NCBI RefSeq assembly: GCF_009914755.1
Contig: NC_060928.1
Length of the DNA stretch: 64,000 bases
From: the human T2T-CHM13v2.0 reference genome, Homo sapiens
Direction: 5' to 3' (one strand)
A program made the position numbers and the translations under genes. The notes beneath the pieces were generated by a model. The model searched no databases. It was not told the DNA's origin and saw only the letters and a list, made by a program, of their open reading frames with translations. Of the stretch, positions 16,420 to 31,687 are shown piece after piece (the stretch's first letter is position 1; each line of letters starts with the position of its first letter).

Positions 16420-16860
16420 GCCCAATTTAATGCTTTGTTCTACTCAAAACTGAACTTTCATCTCTTTCAATTTGACTTCCACGATCAAAGCTTGAAAAAT
16501 AAAAGTGCATTTTAATTAAATCTATCTCTCTTACTGCCTATATTCAATCTGAAACCAGGTTGTTTTAATTTTTGCCATATATATATACATATATATATAT
16601 TTTAATTTCAACATCTGATTGCCAGTGCTGCTCTTCTTACTTGCAACTCTTCAATTTGTACTTTTATTAAAGGTTCAGAACCAGGTTCTGTTCCCTTGTC
16701 TTTAGCTGTTCTCTTTTCTAATTTGCACCCAAAAGACCCTCAATTAAATTGGCTCACTACTGTCACTTGATCATTTCCCTGTAAAAAACATTCAGTGGAT
16801 CTCTGTGCAATAATTATTAAGACATACTGACATTTTCTGAAGAGTTCTGCGTGATTGGCC
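16420..16860 (+). mobile_element. Old L2 fragments
   Basis: caaaactgaact, tcacttgatcatttccc...aaacattcagtgg L2-like motifs. Confidence 0.35.
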
Positions 16861-17027
16861 ACAATGAGTAGTGAACAAAGTAGCTTTATTTTGATGTTGG
16901 GTGGCTGACATGGTTTGAACGTTTGGTCTCAGTCTTCTTTGCTAGTTTCAAGGTTTCTCAGTTTATGTTAATTTATTTCAAATGTAATCAGTCCTTTACT
17001 TTTTAAAAAAAAAAATGCTATATAATA

Positions 17028-17304
<277 letters not shown>

Positions 17305-17996
17305 CTATAATATTTACTTTACCAACCTTATTCCTTATTTGAGCCCTTTTATACCCTTGAGAATGACTTATTTATAAGAACCCTCCACACTACAAGTGTT
17401 TTCCAATAAGACAATGAACAATTATTGAATGCTTACTTTATAAATGTCATGAAACCATATTTGTCTTTGTTCAGAACAGTGCTTTATATTGTATATTTTA
17501 TATGTGGCATTTGGTGCAACTTATAATAGTTTTCAAAGTACATCCTTCTTGAGTTTTCCTTACTTAGGCCTAAATTAGATCTGTGAAATACAGAGTTAAT
17601 ACTTTTTTCTTCTGGCAAAAAATCTCTCTCAAGCTCTAACAGGCTGAAGAATTAGTGTGGAAATTTTATAGGAAAGCTAGAAACAAATGGCCCTAGATTT
17701 TAGGAGTTTAAAATCCTGGCGTCATATAAAGAGAAAACTGATTATAGTTATATTAAGATTTGATCCTAAATTCTGCCTAATTTGGGAAGCAAGAAGGAAT
17801 TGCTATTCCTAATTATTGTTATTAAGTGGTCCATTCTTAGTCTCTGAGAAGGACAAATACACTAATCAGGCTGTGAAATGTAATGAATGCATAGATGATA
17901 TCACTGTAAAATTTTTTTCACAAACAAAATCATTAATCAAAAGTAGAATACAAATTATGAGCCTCTATTGCAAACAACCATTAGAACTATTTATGA

Positions 17997-18295
<299 letters not shown>

Positions 18296-18453
18296 TATTT
18301 ATGAATCTTAAAACACAAATAGATTTGGAAGATAAATGTCATATGTCTAGAGTTATTTAGAAATAGACCTACATAAAAATATAAAGGCAGTCACAAACCT
18401 TTCTAAATTCGGTTTCATCCACAAGGTCTGTGAGACTAAAACAATGTTTTCTT

Positions 18454-18750
18454 TTATTTTTATTTATTTACATTTTTTAGAAACAGGATCTCACTCTATT
18501 GCCCAGGCTGGAATGCAGTGGTGCAATCATAGCTTACTGCAGTCTTGAACTTCTGGGCTCAAGGGATCCTCCAACCTCAGCCTTCCAATTAGTCACAGGC
18601 ATGCACCACCATGCCTAATTTTTTCTTTATGTGTAGAGATGGCATCTTGCTATGTTGCTCAGGCTGGTCTGCAACTCCTGGCCTCGAGCAATTCTCCTAC
18701 CTCATCCTTCCAAAGCACTGGGATTATAGCGCGACCCACAGCACATGGCA
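18454..18750 (-). mobile_element. AluJo-like
   Basis: atcatagcttactgcagtcttgaacttctgggctcaag; TSD taaaacaatgttttctt/taaaaaaaagttttctt. Confidence 0.9.
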
Positions 18751-19204
18751 TAAAAAAAAGTTTTCTTGTAGAAAGGATTCTTAGAAGGAGGCATGTATAA
18801 AAATGTGAATAAACTAACATAGAGTCTTCACCTCCGAGGATCTATGCCACCTGTTTTAAAGAATGACCATCTCATTACCAAGTTATTTTATCTTTGTGCA
18901 CAAAATATTAACGATATCAAGGTTTTCTTTAAAAAAATTTGAAAATAATTGCAATTCTCTATAAAGAAGATAATCATTTTTGTTCTCAATAATATTGGCT
19001 TTACGTTGCTGAAACAGAAATAAATAATATCTCAAAATATCTAAATTTACTGAGTAAAAACTTCTAGTGAAATATAGCCTTCAGATTTATTTTAACAAGG
19101 ATGCTTACTGGCATATTTGTATAAAATCTCTCTTTAAAAGATAGTTATTAATTAGTAGTAATAAAATAAAAACAAATCTTAATATAAATGCAAATTATAT
19201 TGCA

Positions 19205-19490
19205 TTGATGCAGAGCGTCACCATGTTTTGGTCACCAAGAGACAGCATATATGACTGTGGATCGGTAAGATTATAATGTAGCTGAAAAATTTCTATCACG
19301 TAATGACATCATAGGCATTATAATGTCATAGCACAATGCATTAGTCACATATCTGTGGTGATGCTGGTGTAAACAAGCCTATTGGACCACTAGTAGTGTA
19401 AAAGTATATTACAAACAATTATGTACAGTGCATAACACTTGGCAATGATAATAAATGACTATGTTACTGGTTTATGTATTGACTATATTC
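19205..19490 (+). mobile_element. Tigger3a (MER7A)-like DNA transposon fragment
   Basis: taagattataatgtagctgaaaaatt, tgtggtgatgctggtgtaaacaa, gactatgttactggtttatgtatt. Confidence 0.8.
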
Positions 19491-19725
19491 CTGACTTTTA
19501 AAGAACTCTAGGTTAGTCATGTCAATAGTAGAATTCACTTGGGCACCCACCATTTACAGAACACGGTGTGAAGTAAAAGATGATCTCTGCTTTTGAACAC
19601 TCAAAACCCAAAGCACTTCTTGGTCACTGTATTAGTCCATTTAGCATTGCTATAAAGGAATTCCTGAGACTGGGCAATCTATAAAGAAAAGAGGTTTATG
19701 TGGCTCATGATTCTGCAGGTCGTAC

Positions 19726-19813
19726 AATCCTGTACGCCTGTAATCCTGCACGCCTATAATCCTGCACGCCCGTAATCCTGCACGCCTGTAATCCTGTACG
19801 CCTGTAATCCTGC

Positions 19814-19821
<8 letters not shown>
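19726..19821 (+). repeat. 16 bp minisatellite (aatcctgYaYgcctgt) x6
   Basis: Six contiguous units running into Alu gcctgtaatcccagc. Confidence 0.95.
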
Positions 19822-20114
<293 letters not shown>

Positions 20115-20370
20115 AAGCATGGTACAAGCATGGTACCAGAATCTTCTTCAAGTGAGGCCTTAGGAATATCTGAGTCATGATGAAGGGCGAAGGGGAGCAG
20201 ATGTATCATAAGGTAAGAGAAGGAACAAGAGAGGTACCAGGTTCTTTTTAAACAACCAACTCTTGTATGAACTAATAGAGCAAGAATTCACCAATTACTT
20301 GGAGAGGGCACCAAGCCATTCATGGGGATGCACTTCCATGAGATGAGGGCATCTAAACATCTCCCACTAG

Positions 20371-20869
<499 letters not shown>

Positions 20870-23479
20870 TAATTTGAGAAAATATTCTTAATATGTTTTC
20901 TTAAAACCATCCCAAGCAAGCTAAATACAAACACTAAATTGGCAAGCAAAGGACTCAACTCATCCATATACTTCATAGTATCTCTGGGTGAGTTAGGTAG
21001 GGAGACCGAGAAGAGGGCAGAATGGGGTCAAAATGAATGGGAAAAATAGAGGGCTCAGAAGTGAAATGTTCAGTGATTTAAGGATGAAAAAAAATTTTTA
21101 TAGAAATTTGAAAAATCTCTAAGCTTTGATAAACAAAAGGCAAAGATAATTTTTAAAAATATAATTCTCAATTTCTAAAGGAACAATGTGTTCATACTGT
21201 AAACAATTTAATGTGCAGATAATTTGATTAAGTCCAACAAATTCCATGAGTTTTCATTTTAGCTGCATGCTGAGCTCCACCCTCCCTACACACCATCTGC
21301 TATTTGCTTGAGATATACAAAGTTATAGGTGGCGTGGATATCAGGCAGAATTTTAAAACCTCAGTTTTTAAAACTCACAGCTTAGTTTTGAAGGCTAGTA
21401 GTCTTTGCTTTCATGAAAAAAACATTTAAGTACAAAACTGACATAATTTGTGGAGGTGGTCATATCATGTTCTAAGAAACTAGCAAGCATTTGGTATAAG
21501 TCTAAAGCAAGCATTAAAGAAAACTACAGCTGTGGCTGACAAGGTGTTGAATAGAAGATACTTTATTTTAGTTTTCATCTGACAGAGTAAGTTCCTAATT
21601 GTTCTCATTAAGTTCTTTGCCTGAATTTTAAAAATTGGTATGTTTGTTATTCTATTTACCCCATTCTTCTCCCAAAATCTCATGTTAGGTCATTTAGTCA
21701 TCTGGCATGTGTATTTTTGCCGAAGAAATATAAATTCAATCGTCAATAATAATAAATTTGATGCATTTTGTCAAATACCTATAGATGGAAGTTGTTTCTA
21801 ACAGGTTTCAGACATGAGATCTGCCATATTTTCCACCAAAAACAGAAGTCTCTATTGCTAGAAACAAATGTTCTTTCTAAGCCTACAGATGACTAATGCC
21901 TGTAGCTTAATACTGGTAATTCCCAATTTGAGAGCTAATAATGATCAAAAATTAAGTGTTGTTGAAAGTTACTAACTATATGCATTAGGGAAATTACCTA
22001 CATATAAAATGCAAAGATTGGTAGAATGGCTAAGCTGTTTTGTAAACATAGAGACTTTTTTAATTCCATTCATGAGTCACATTTTTATAACTAAATTATT
22101 CTATAATAGCAAACCTCAAATTCTTAAGGTTCAGGGGCAAAAGTGACGTTTTGAAAATATTTTGGTGAACCATTAGAATCCTGAGTCACTTGGCTTCTCT
22201 TAATGTGCTGAGCCACCATAATCTCTTAAGATTTTCTTCTGAAAAATGCTAATTCAGCTTTATCTATTAAGAAGTTAACGTTTAGAAATTACTAAATTAT
22301 TTATGCCTTACTTTCACAAAAAATAAGAGTTTTGTCAATGATCATTTTATTCCACAAAAGTGAAAATTACATAAAAATATTCTGGAAAATAGAAAATATA
22401 AAAAACCTTCAAAAATGACTTTAAAAAAGTAAATAGTATTTGACCAATACTTTGCTAAGACAAGCGTGTAGAAAATATTGTCTCTAAGACTATTTTTTAA
22501 AGCTAGCTTAGTTAAATGTTAAGGAATTATGAAGAAACATATACTAAATTTAGGCTAGCATATTAAATATATTTGTCTCACTTGATTTAATTACGTACTC
22601 AAAAATCACAAGCACTGAAATCATATTCTATCTGAAAATATATGTAGTCCAATATAGAAATTGTATTAAAATTACTAGCTATATGATAAAAATGAAAATA
22701 CATAGAAAGTTGACTCAAAATGTTTTCTGCCACGATATAGCAGATAACTGGATGATATTTTGGATGATAACTTGTATTTATTTAAATTTAGGAAGAATCA
22801 GCATTACATGCAAATTATGAATAAAATTTAAATAACCTAACATTATTATTTAAGACCATTAAAAGTAATTCATTTGTGGAACCTAATGTTAAAGACCAGC
22901 AAATGTCATTGTGGACTTTCTCAGTGGAGAAAAATCTCTCATTTTCTGTTTTCTTACAGTATCTTCCCATGAGTGCCTCCCAACAGAAAGAAAAATTAAT
23001 TGAATATATCTTAATAGTGATACATTTTGAGCTCTGAAAATAGATTGGAGGTAGGTAAAATTTGCTTCATGTATATACATTCATCAACTAGCGAGATGAA
23101 TAGTTATTAGATTAGAAAATATTTTTGTTTCATTTTATTATAATTGAGTTTACCTCTTTTAGTTTTTAGAAGAGATTATTTCATGCTTGTGCTTCTCACA
23201 AAAAGTTGCAAAATGTAAAGAGCATCTAAGATAAACTAAAAGGGTAGCATTTTAAGTAACACTAAAGAAAATGGATGAAAGGCATTTTTAAGGCAGGGCT
23301 CTGAATGTCACCAGTAAATATATTCCATGAAGGTTTGGGTAGATCAGTGCATAAAGATCCGGCTGCTAACTTTATCCTAGTTCTGGTGTTCAGAAATGCA
23401 TGTTGCATCCCTTTTCTCTGTAATCAGACCCATTATCATGATTTTGAAAATTACAGGCTTATATTTTTCAAGTTCCTCT

Positions 23480-24205
23480 GTAGTATAGATTGTCTCCTAA
23501 GAATCAGAACTGTCTAATTGGTTCTCCAACGTATTCACAGGCACCTCAAATTCAGCATAATAAAAAATGACTTATTTTTGCATTACCTTGTAAAAGCTGA
23601 TAGGGCTCAACAACCACTCAATTTAGAAACACAATACCACACATAAGAAATATGAAATGTTTCCCTTTTCTCTCTGTATCTTTCCCATCCCTAGTTACTA
23701 GGCTCTGTTTATTTGAATTTCATGAATTACTTTTAAAACCACTGTCTATTCTGCCTCTTCATCCCTACCATCTTAATTCAGAGCATTAAGAATCTTCTGC
23801 ATTTATTATAGCCACAAAACTGATTGATCTCTTCCAGTCTATTTTTTCACATTGCCACCATTCTTAGTTTTAACGTATGTATCTGAGGATATAATTGCTA
23901 ATGGAAGACATCCCAAAATATCTTCATATGGAATGCACGACCCTTCATTATCAGACTGTATCTAACACCTCATCTTCCGTCAGGATCTTCTGGAATATCA
24001 AAACATAACAAGCTCCTTAAAATTTACCAAATAAATAGGTTCTACACACTACTTTATATTTCTATCAACAAACATCACACTTACACTTGTGGGTTTGCAT
24101 TGTTAATGACTAACCTAGATTCTAGAATCTTGCAACCCAGGATATATGTCTCATTTATCTACTTGTCTTCACTGCTTAGCATGGTAATTAGCATTTAGTT
24201 GGCGC
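23480..24205 (+). mobile_element. L2 fragment
   Basis: cacaggcacctcaaattcagcat; 3' tgcttagcatggtaattagcatttagttggcgct. Confidence 0.5.
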
Positions 24206-24214
24206 TATTATATT

Positions 24215-24381
24215 CCATAATTTCTCAATTTCATAATGTGTTTTTTCACAACTTAATGTTTCTGGGATGTCTTATAATTATTGTATAATTTAGAGCAAAA
24301 TGTCTTCTTTTTTCCTTGAAAATGTTTTGGTAAATTAATGACAGATCTTGCAATCAAGGGTAACTTAGAGTCAAAGCTACG
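24215..24381. mobile_element. MER104-like TcMar-Tc2 MITE
   Basis: ttttttcaca...gggatgtcttataat...atcttgcaatcaa...cttagagtcaa resembles the recalled MER104 consensus. Confidence 0.5.
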
Positions 24382-25300
24382 CATTTATGGAAGGAAGAGA
24401 AAAAATGAGAGTTAAAGGTAAGAATTAAATTATTCTAACTAAAATTAAATGTGTTTATGGAACCAACTGATAAAAATATTTTATATCCATTATTTTACAT
24501 AAAATAATTTAGAAAGTTTTTGAAAATAAAATATTTGGGAAAAAAATATTAAACTTTTCCTCTTAAGTGGATGAAATTGAAAGGGTAATTATTTCCCTAA
24601 GTTAATACCCAAATACTCATATTGCAATGTGGGACAGGAAGTCTATTCTGATTCCTAAGCTATATCATCCAAAATGTAAAATAATTCCTTCTCCTTTATG
24701 GTGGGTTGTTCTAGAGAATTCTAGAGTAGCTGTGAATTCTCTATTACATCATGGATCAGATCAGTTTGCAAAATGGCTCGCCTGCTTAAAATATAAACTA
24801 ATTACCCAGCAACATTTATAAGACTGAGATGCCACATACAGAATAGAGCAATAATACATGGGCTTATCAGTGACTTTTCAAAATGTGCATTACCAAAAAC
24901 TGAATTATACTGTTTACTTTTTATTACTTTATTTCATCCTCTTTCTATTGAATTTCACTGTATTAACAAACTCTATTATTCAGAAAAGAATACAGAAGTA
25001 CACATCAGAAAATGGACATTTAGAGTCATGTACATTTAAGGCTCGGTTACTGGGTTTTTCACATTCAGTACAAAAACTGTTTCTTAGAATAAATTTCCTG
25101 CAGAAAACTATTTCAGGAATTTCAAAGCTAGCTATATACTAGAACATACACAAGAGCAGAAGTGATTTCGAAGAGGAATCAACGCACACTTGACATGAGG
25201 GGCCAAGCTTCTGAGAAGAGAATCAAGGAGAGCCCTAAATATGTTGAGAATACGAACGATGAAAGTCAAAGACATGATCTCCTTAAATAATTAATTATTT

Positions 25301-25435
25301 AGCCAGGCATGGTGGCTCATGCCTGTAATCCCAGCACTTAGGTAGGCAGATGTGGGAGGATAACTTGAGACCAGGGATTTGAGACTTGCCTGGGCAACAT
25401 TGTAAGACCCCATTCGCCACAAAAAGAAAAAATAA
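25301..25435 (+). mobile_element. FLAM/AluJ left monomer
   Basis: Single Alu arm ending cctgggcaacattgtaagacccc plus A-rich tail. Confidence 0.85.
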
Positions 25436-25449
25436 ATTAATAATAATTA

Positions 25450-26990
25450 TTTCAAGTGTTAAAATATTTTGCAAGAACAAGAGCAGAAATAAAGACAACA
25501 AAATATTCTTTTTTTCTTTAGAAAGAAAAACATAAATGGAAAATAATGCCAGAAAGAAGGACAAGGAAGGGAAAATGAAAATCCTCAGAAGGGCTAAATC
25601 TGTGAGCAGATCTAGATTAACACTGATTAAAAAAAAAAGTATGTGGTTCAAAATATAAGTACAATTAACACAAATGTCCATAATAGTTCATGATGAGGTA
25701 GGCAGACAGAGTTAAAGTAGTGTAGATTCCAGTATAAAGTCTGGAAATTAGTACGTTTTATTTAAAGTCAACATAAATAACTTAAAAATTCATTTTGTGA
25801 TCTCTTGGGGAACCACTAAGAACATTTTATAAAGGAATTAATACTAACAAACTAATAAAGAGGAAATACAAAAGATACAATTAATCCAAAATAAGCTACA
25901 AGAAGAAAAAAATGAATGAAAACCATACAAGAAAAATACAAGTACAAACTAAAAAGGTAGGCATGGACCTCGATTATTATTAATTAAACTAAATATAAAT
26001 GCACTAAATACTTCAATTAAAAGACAAATGTGTCTGAAATAAAAACAATTTAAAAATAACTTTTACAATTTAAAAAATGCATTAAATATAAGGACACAAA
26101 AAGTTGAAAAAATAAAGCAGAAAAATGGCTTAGCATGCAAATACTAAACACTAGAAAATTCTGTGAGTATTCTGATATCAAAGTAAACATTAAGACAAAA
26201 ATAATTGCTAAAAATAAAGAAGGACATTTCATCGACAGGCTTAATTCAAGAGAAAGAACACTTTTAAATATGTAGGCACCTAATTAAACAACATCAAGTA
26301 TATAATGTAATAACTATCAGAATTGAAAGGAAAATGAACAAATGTAAAGTCATAGTTGAAGAGTTTAGCAGTTGTACATCAATATCTAATAGGACAAAAA
26401 AAAAAAAAACAAAAGGTCAAGAAGGCTATAGAAGAGATGAACAAAAAGGTTAACAAACTGACCAAATTGACATTCATTTAAAACTGCAACCACAAGTTGC
26501 AGAATATACATTCTTATCAAATGCACACAGAATATTTACCAAAATAGGCCATAGAGTAAGTAATAAACAAATGTGAAAATGTTTGAAATATACAATGTTT
26601 CCTCACCAAAGTGGAATTAAGTTACAAATAAAATTTTTAAAAGGAGGGGGAATATCCAAATATGTTCAATTTAAGCAATGTATTTCCAAATCACTTATGG
26701 GTCAAAAAGAAATCAAAAAGAAAATTAGAATGTACTTTGAATTAAATAATAATAAAAAGAGGGTATAGCTCCAAACTTCTGATATGTACTAAATCTGTGT
26801 TCCAGGGAAATTCATAGTCATAAATGCATAAATTTTAAAATAAGAAAGACTACAAGTCAATGATCTAAGCATCCACTTTAAGAAATTAGAAGAAAGAGAA
26901 TAATAAAAATAAGATGGACAATCAATATAATATAAAAATTTAAAACTCAAAATTTAAAAATATCTAATGCTATTTTTAAAACAATTAATA
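25450..26990 (+). mobile_element. Old L1M inter-ORF and ORF2 endonuclease-region fragment (decayed)
   Basis: A-rich; aaatataaatgcactaaata...attaaaagaca, aaagaaggacatttcat, gcagaatatacattctt, atttaccaaaataggccat. Confidence 0.75.
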
Positions 26991-27049
26991 TTGGATTAGC
27001 TCCTTTAGATTTTTCTTTTTTAAAAAATAGCCCAATATCAATTAACTTT

Positions 27050-27135
27050 CTGGAGTTTGGGAAGAAAAAATAATAACACATGTAAAAGCCTTCAACAGTC
27101 CCTGGCACATACCGTGTACTCAAAAGATTTTAGTT
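27050..27135 (+). mobile_element. MIR 3' end
   Basis: acatgtaaaagccttcaacagtccctggcacata...ctcaaaa. Confidence 0.65.
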
Positions 27136-27889
27136 TGTCTCCCATTCACTTTTCCCTAGCAGATAAACATTGAAACCTTCAACGTTAGCTGTCCATCAAT
27201 ACAAAACACTCTAGTAGAAAGAAACCTTCTTTTTCTCTGAAATTAAAATACATCTCCCACTTCTGGGTCCAATGTTCTGATATTACTTTTTAATTTGTAC
27301 TGGAAGTATCAGGGAGGCTGAGAAGGAATGGATAGGAATTATGTGTATTTATTGCAGGAAATATAAATTGTTAAACATAATAAAAAGAAAAAGGACAGGA
27401 AAGTAAGCAATTTGCCAGGTGCTCAATTCATCTTTTCATTATTCCTTTTCTCTGAAAGGAAAGTGCAAATCGTTTTCCTTTTTGTGACACTGTCTTATCT
27501 ACTTCAGGAGCCATAAAGATGAAGATAAGAAAGAAATACTCTGAGAGTATCATGATAAAAAATCAGAAAAAAAACATGAAATACCAGATTTTTTTACAGC
27601 ATACACAAAATATTCATGCGCTAAATGTAAATCTGTTATCCTGACATACATTAAGTGTCTGCTTTTTAAACATGGCCTAAGACTACAGGTATTGGGTTCA
27701 TTTTGGAGACCTGAGAATATTATTCAGCAGTAGCTTAACAAATTTCAGTGAAAAATTAAGCAGATGAAAGTGTTTTCTTGGGCCACTTCCTCCATATGTG
27801 AGTTGGCTGCAGCTGCCATTGTACTTACTTTGCATGTTTAATTTGCAAATTAGCAATTGAGAAAGATAAAAAACATGAGCTTTGTTCTG

Positions 27890-28490
27890 TTCAGTTAAAC
27901 AAACATTTGTTGCCCACCATGTGCCAAGCATTGGGCTGGATGCTAGAAGAACCCAGATGAATGAGAGCAAGTCCCTGCCTCAAAAGACCTAGTGTACTTG
28001 GCAGGGAGGCTGCCAAGTCTTCCAACCAGGATGACACAAAAGTGTGGTTCACAGAAATCCTCATAACGAGAACATTATAATTATTCCTAGGATGCATAAG
28101 AATCACTCAACTATGGAAAGATAAGATTGGCAGAAAGTGCAAAATAACCAAATACACAAAATATTCAACATGCTGTGGGGAGAGAAATAACATCACCACT
28201 GATATTACCAAGGTGTACGTTGCGAAGTAAGAAAAAATGTTATCTGAGGCTGGAGAAGGAGATGGGGGTCAAGTTGGGAAGACTTCTTCATGTGAACAAG
28301 TTTGAGTCTTATTTATTCAGAGTGGCATAGTCAGATTTATATTTTAGAGAGATCACGCTGTTTATAGTGTGAATGTGGATTTAAGCTGGGACAAGGCTTG
28401 AGGCAAAGAAATAAGGTGTCACCTTTAATAGCCCAAACCAGAGATGACCAGGGTTCTCATTAGGACCTTAGAATGAGTGGCAAGAGTAAA
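27890..28490 (-). mobile_element. L2 fragments
   Basis: aacaaacatttgttgcccaccatgtgccaagcattgggctggatgct; ttttagagagatcacgctg. Confidence 0.65.
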
Positions 28491-29427
28491 TAAAAGAAAA
28501 TCAATTCATCACCTGCTAAACTGAAAGTGGACATTTTGAGCACTTCCAGACAAAAAGGCTAAAATTTCTATGTAATTCATATGAACAACAGCTTTCCCCA
28601 AAAACCATACATTCCGATTCAGAAAGTATGCATTCTAGATCGCTAAAAGGGAGAGAATTAGTATGTGATGGGGGAAACATTATGAAAAACAAGAAACATG
28701 ATCTAAACAGGGGCATTGTAGAATCACTTTCTGCAGCTCCTCTTGACTAGGAGTTTTGTTAATTCTGTAGTAAAAAAGTATTAACAGTTATGATGTTAAC
28801 TTCATTTTGCACATCTTGGGTTGCCAATACATTAACCTGTATATAAATGTACAAAATTATGTTCAATTATTCTGCACCAATGCTTTGTGTGTTCTCTTAA
28901 AAGACCAGATTTAAAATCTAATTTTTTTTAAATTTAAAGATCAAAATCTGCAGCAAAAAATGGCATTTGGAATTCTTATAGGTAAGTTTCTGAAGTGTGT
29001 AACCCATCATAATTAGAATCAAGCTCCTCATACCCAAAATGAGTAGATCCAAATATCTCTACCCTTTAGAGAATGGATCATTTTTGTCCAAGGACTTTGA
29101 TTTTGTATTTCTAAACCTATGCCAAATCTGATTTGGTCTTAAAAAAACAAAGAGTTTCTTAGATCAACTAGATGATAAGGCTATCTTCTGAAAACCTTAA
29201 ATGTTAGACATAAGGAGAGTTCGGGCTTCACAAACTGATGTGTGTTTATCTCTGTGGATTATCAATATAATAACTGAACTGAAAATCGGGAAGTGAACCT
29301 TGTTGCTTTGTGTGATGATTAGCAAGTACTATAATTTGGAAAATTGTAACCCATTAAGAAGATAGTCTAAATCTCTTGTCATGCACACACTGCAATACTC
29401 AAATACATTTTTAAAGAAAGAAACCTA

Positions 29428-29753
<326 letters not shown>

Positions 29754-30752
29754 TCATTGCTGTCATAATAAGACTGAATTAAATATTACATCATTATGAG
29801 GGAGTATGAAATACAGGAATACTGCTATACATACAGTAGTATGCACTATGCTTTAAATAGCTCTAAATATCTTTCAAACATATTCCAAGATATTGTGGGT
29901 TCCATTCCAGCCCATTACAATAATGTGAATATTGTAATAAAGTGAGTCACACACATATTTTTTGAGTTCTCAGTGAATATGTTATGTTTACACTATTCTG
30001 TAGTCTATAAAATATGCAATAGCATTATGTCTAAAAAACAATGTATATACTTTAATTTAAAAATCCTTCCTAAAAACTGCTAGCGATCATCTGAGCCTTC
30101 AGCAAGTCTTAATCTTTTTGCTGGTGGAGGGGCTTGCTTAGACGTTCATGGCTGCTAACAGATCAGGGTGGTGGTTGCTGAAGGTTAGGGTGGCTGTGTC
30201 AATTTCTTAAAATAAGACAACAGTGAAGTTTGCCACATTGATTAACTATTCCTTTCACAAAAGATTTCTCTGTAGCACATGATACTGTTTGATAGCATTT
30301 TACCCATCAAACTTCTTTCAAAATTGGAGTCAATCCTCTCAAACCCTGCTGCTACTTTATCAACTAAATTTAAATAATATTCTAAATTTTTACAATATCT
30401 TTGCCAAGAATAGATTCTATCTCAAGAAAACTTTTTTCATTCATAAGAAGCAACTCTTCATCCACTCAAATTTTATCGTGAGATTGTAGCAATTCAGTCA
30501 CATCTTCAGGCTCCATTTCTGATTCTAGTTCTCTTGTTCTTTCCTCTATATCTGCAGTTACTTCTGCACTGAAGTCTTGAACCCCTCAAAGTCACCCACG
30601 AGGGTTGGAATCAACTTCTTTCAAAGTCCTGTTAATGTCGATGTTTTGACCTCCTACCGTGAATAATGAAAATGTTCTTAATGGCACCTAGATTGGCGAA
30701 TACTCTCCTGAAAGTTTTTAATTGATGTTGCCCAGATATATGAGAGAAATCT

Positions 30753-30977
30753 CTACCTACGGCAACTAGTCTTACAAAATGTATTTCTTAAATAATAAGG
30801 TTTGAAAGTTGAAATTACTCCTTGATCCACGGGTTTCAAAGCAGATGTTGTATTAGCAGGCATGAAAACATTAATTGCCTTGTACTTCTCCCTCAGAGCA
30901 CTCGGGTGACAAAGTACATTGTCAGTGAGTAGTGATATTTTAAAATACATCATTTTTTTCTGAGCAGTAGGTGTCAA
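30753..30977 (-). pseudogene. Tigger1 transposase DDE-domain remnant
   Basis: Translation [10 protein letters not shown]...[31 protein letters not shown] is the pogo/CENP-B DDE_1 motif; flanked by stops/frameshifts. Confidence 0.85.
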
Positions 30978-31605
30978 CAGTGGGCTTAAAATATCCAGTA
31001 AACCATGCCATAAACAGATGTGCTGTCACCTTTGTTATTCTGTTTATAGAGCACAGACAGAGTAGATTCAGCATAATTCTTCAGGGCCCCAAGATTTTTG
31101 GAGTGATAAATAAACATTAAAGTTACCAGCTGCATTAGTCCCTAACAAGAGAGTCAGCCTGTCCTTTGAAACTTTGAAGCCAGGCATTGACTTCTCCTCT
31201 ACAGCTATGAAAGTCCTACAGGACATCTTCCAATATAAGGCAATATAAGGATGTTTTGTCTATTGAAAATCTCTTGTTTAGTGTAGCCACCTCCATCAAT
31301 GTTCTTAGCTAGATCTTCTGGATAACCCACTGCAGGTTCTACATTAGTACTTGTTGCTTCACCTTACAATTTTTATGGAAATAGCTTCTTTTCTTAAACC
31401 TCATAAATGAAGATCTGCTAATTTCCATCTTCTCTTCTTTAACTTCCCCCCACCTCAATCAGCCTTCACAGAATTAAAGAAAGTTAGAACCTCTCTTCTG
31501 GGAGTTGGATAGGAAAATGGCTGAAGCAGTGAGAACACATACAACTTTTATTAACTATGCTGTCTTATATGAGTATAGTTTATGGCACCTTAAAATAATA
31601 TAGTA

Positions 31606-31687
31606 TTAGATTGGTGCAAAAGTAATTGCAGTTTTTGCCAAAAAAAAGGTAATGGCAAAAACTGCAATAACTTTTGCATTAACCTAA
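31606..31687. mobile_element. MADE1 (Hsmar1 MITE) nested in Tigger1
   Basis: ttagattggtgcaaaagtaattgcagtttttgcca...tggcaaaaactgcaataacttttgcattaacctaa, flanked by TA. Confidence 0.93.

Noticed and set aside
25450-26990. L1 ORF2 as a coding region
   Set aside because: Heavily diverged with many stops and frameshifts.
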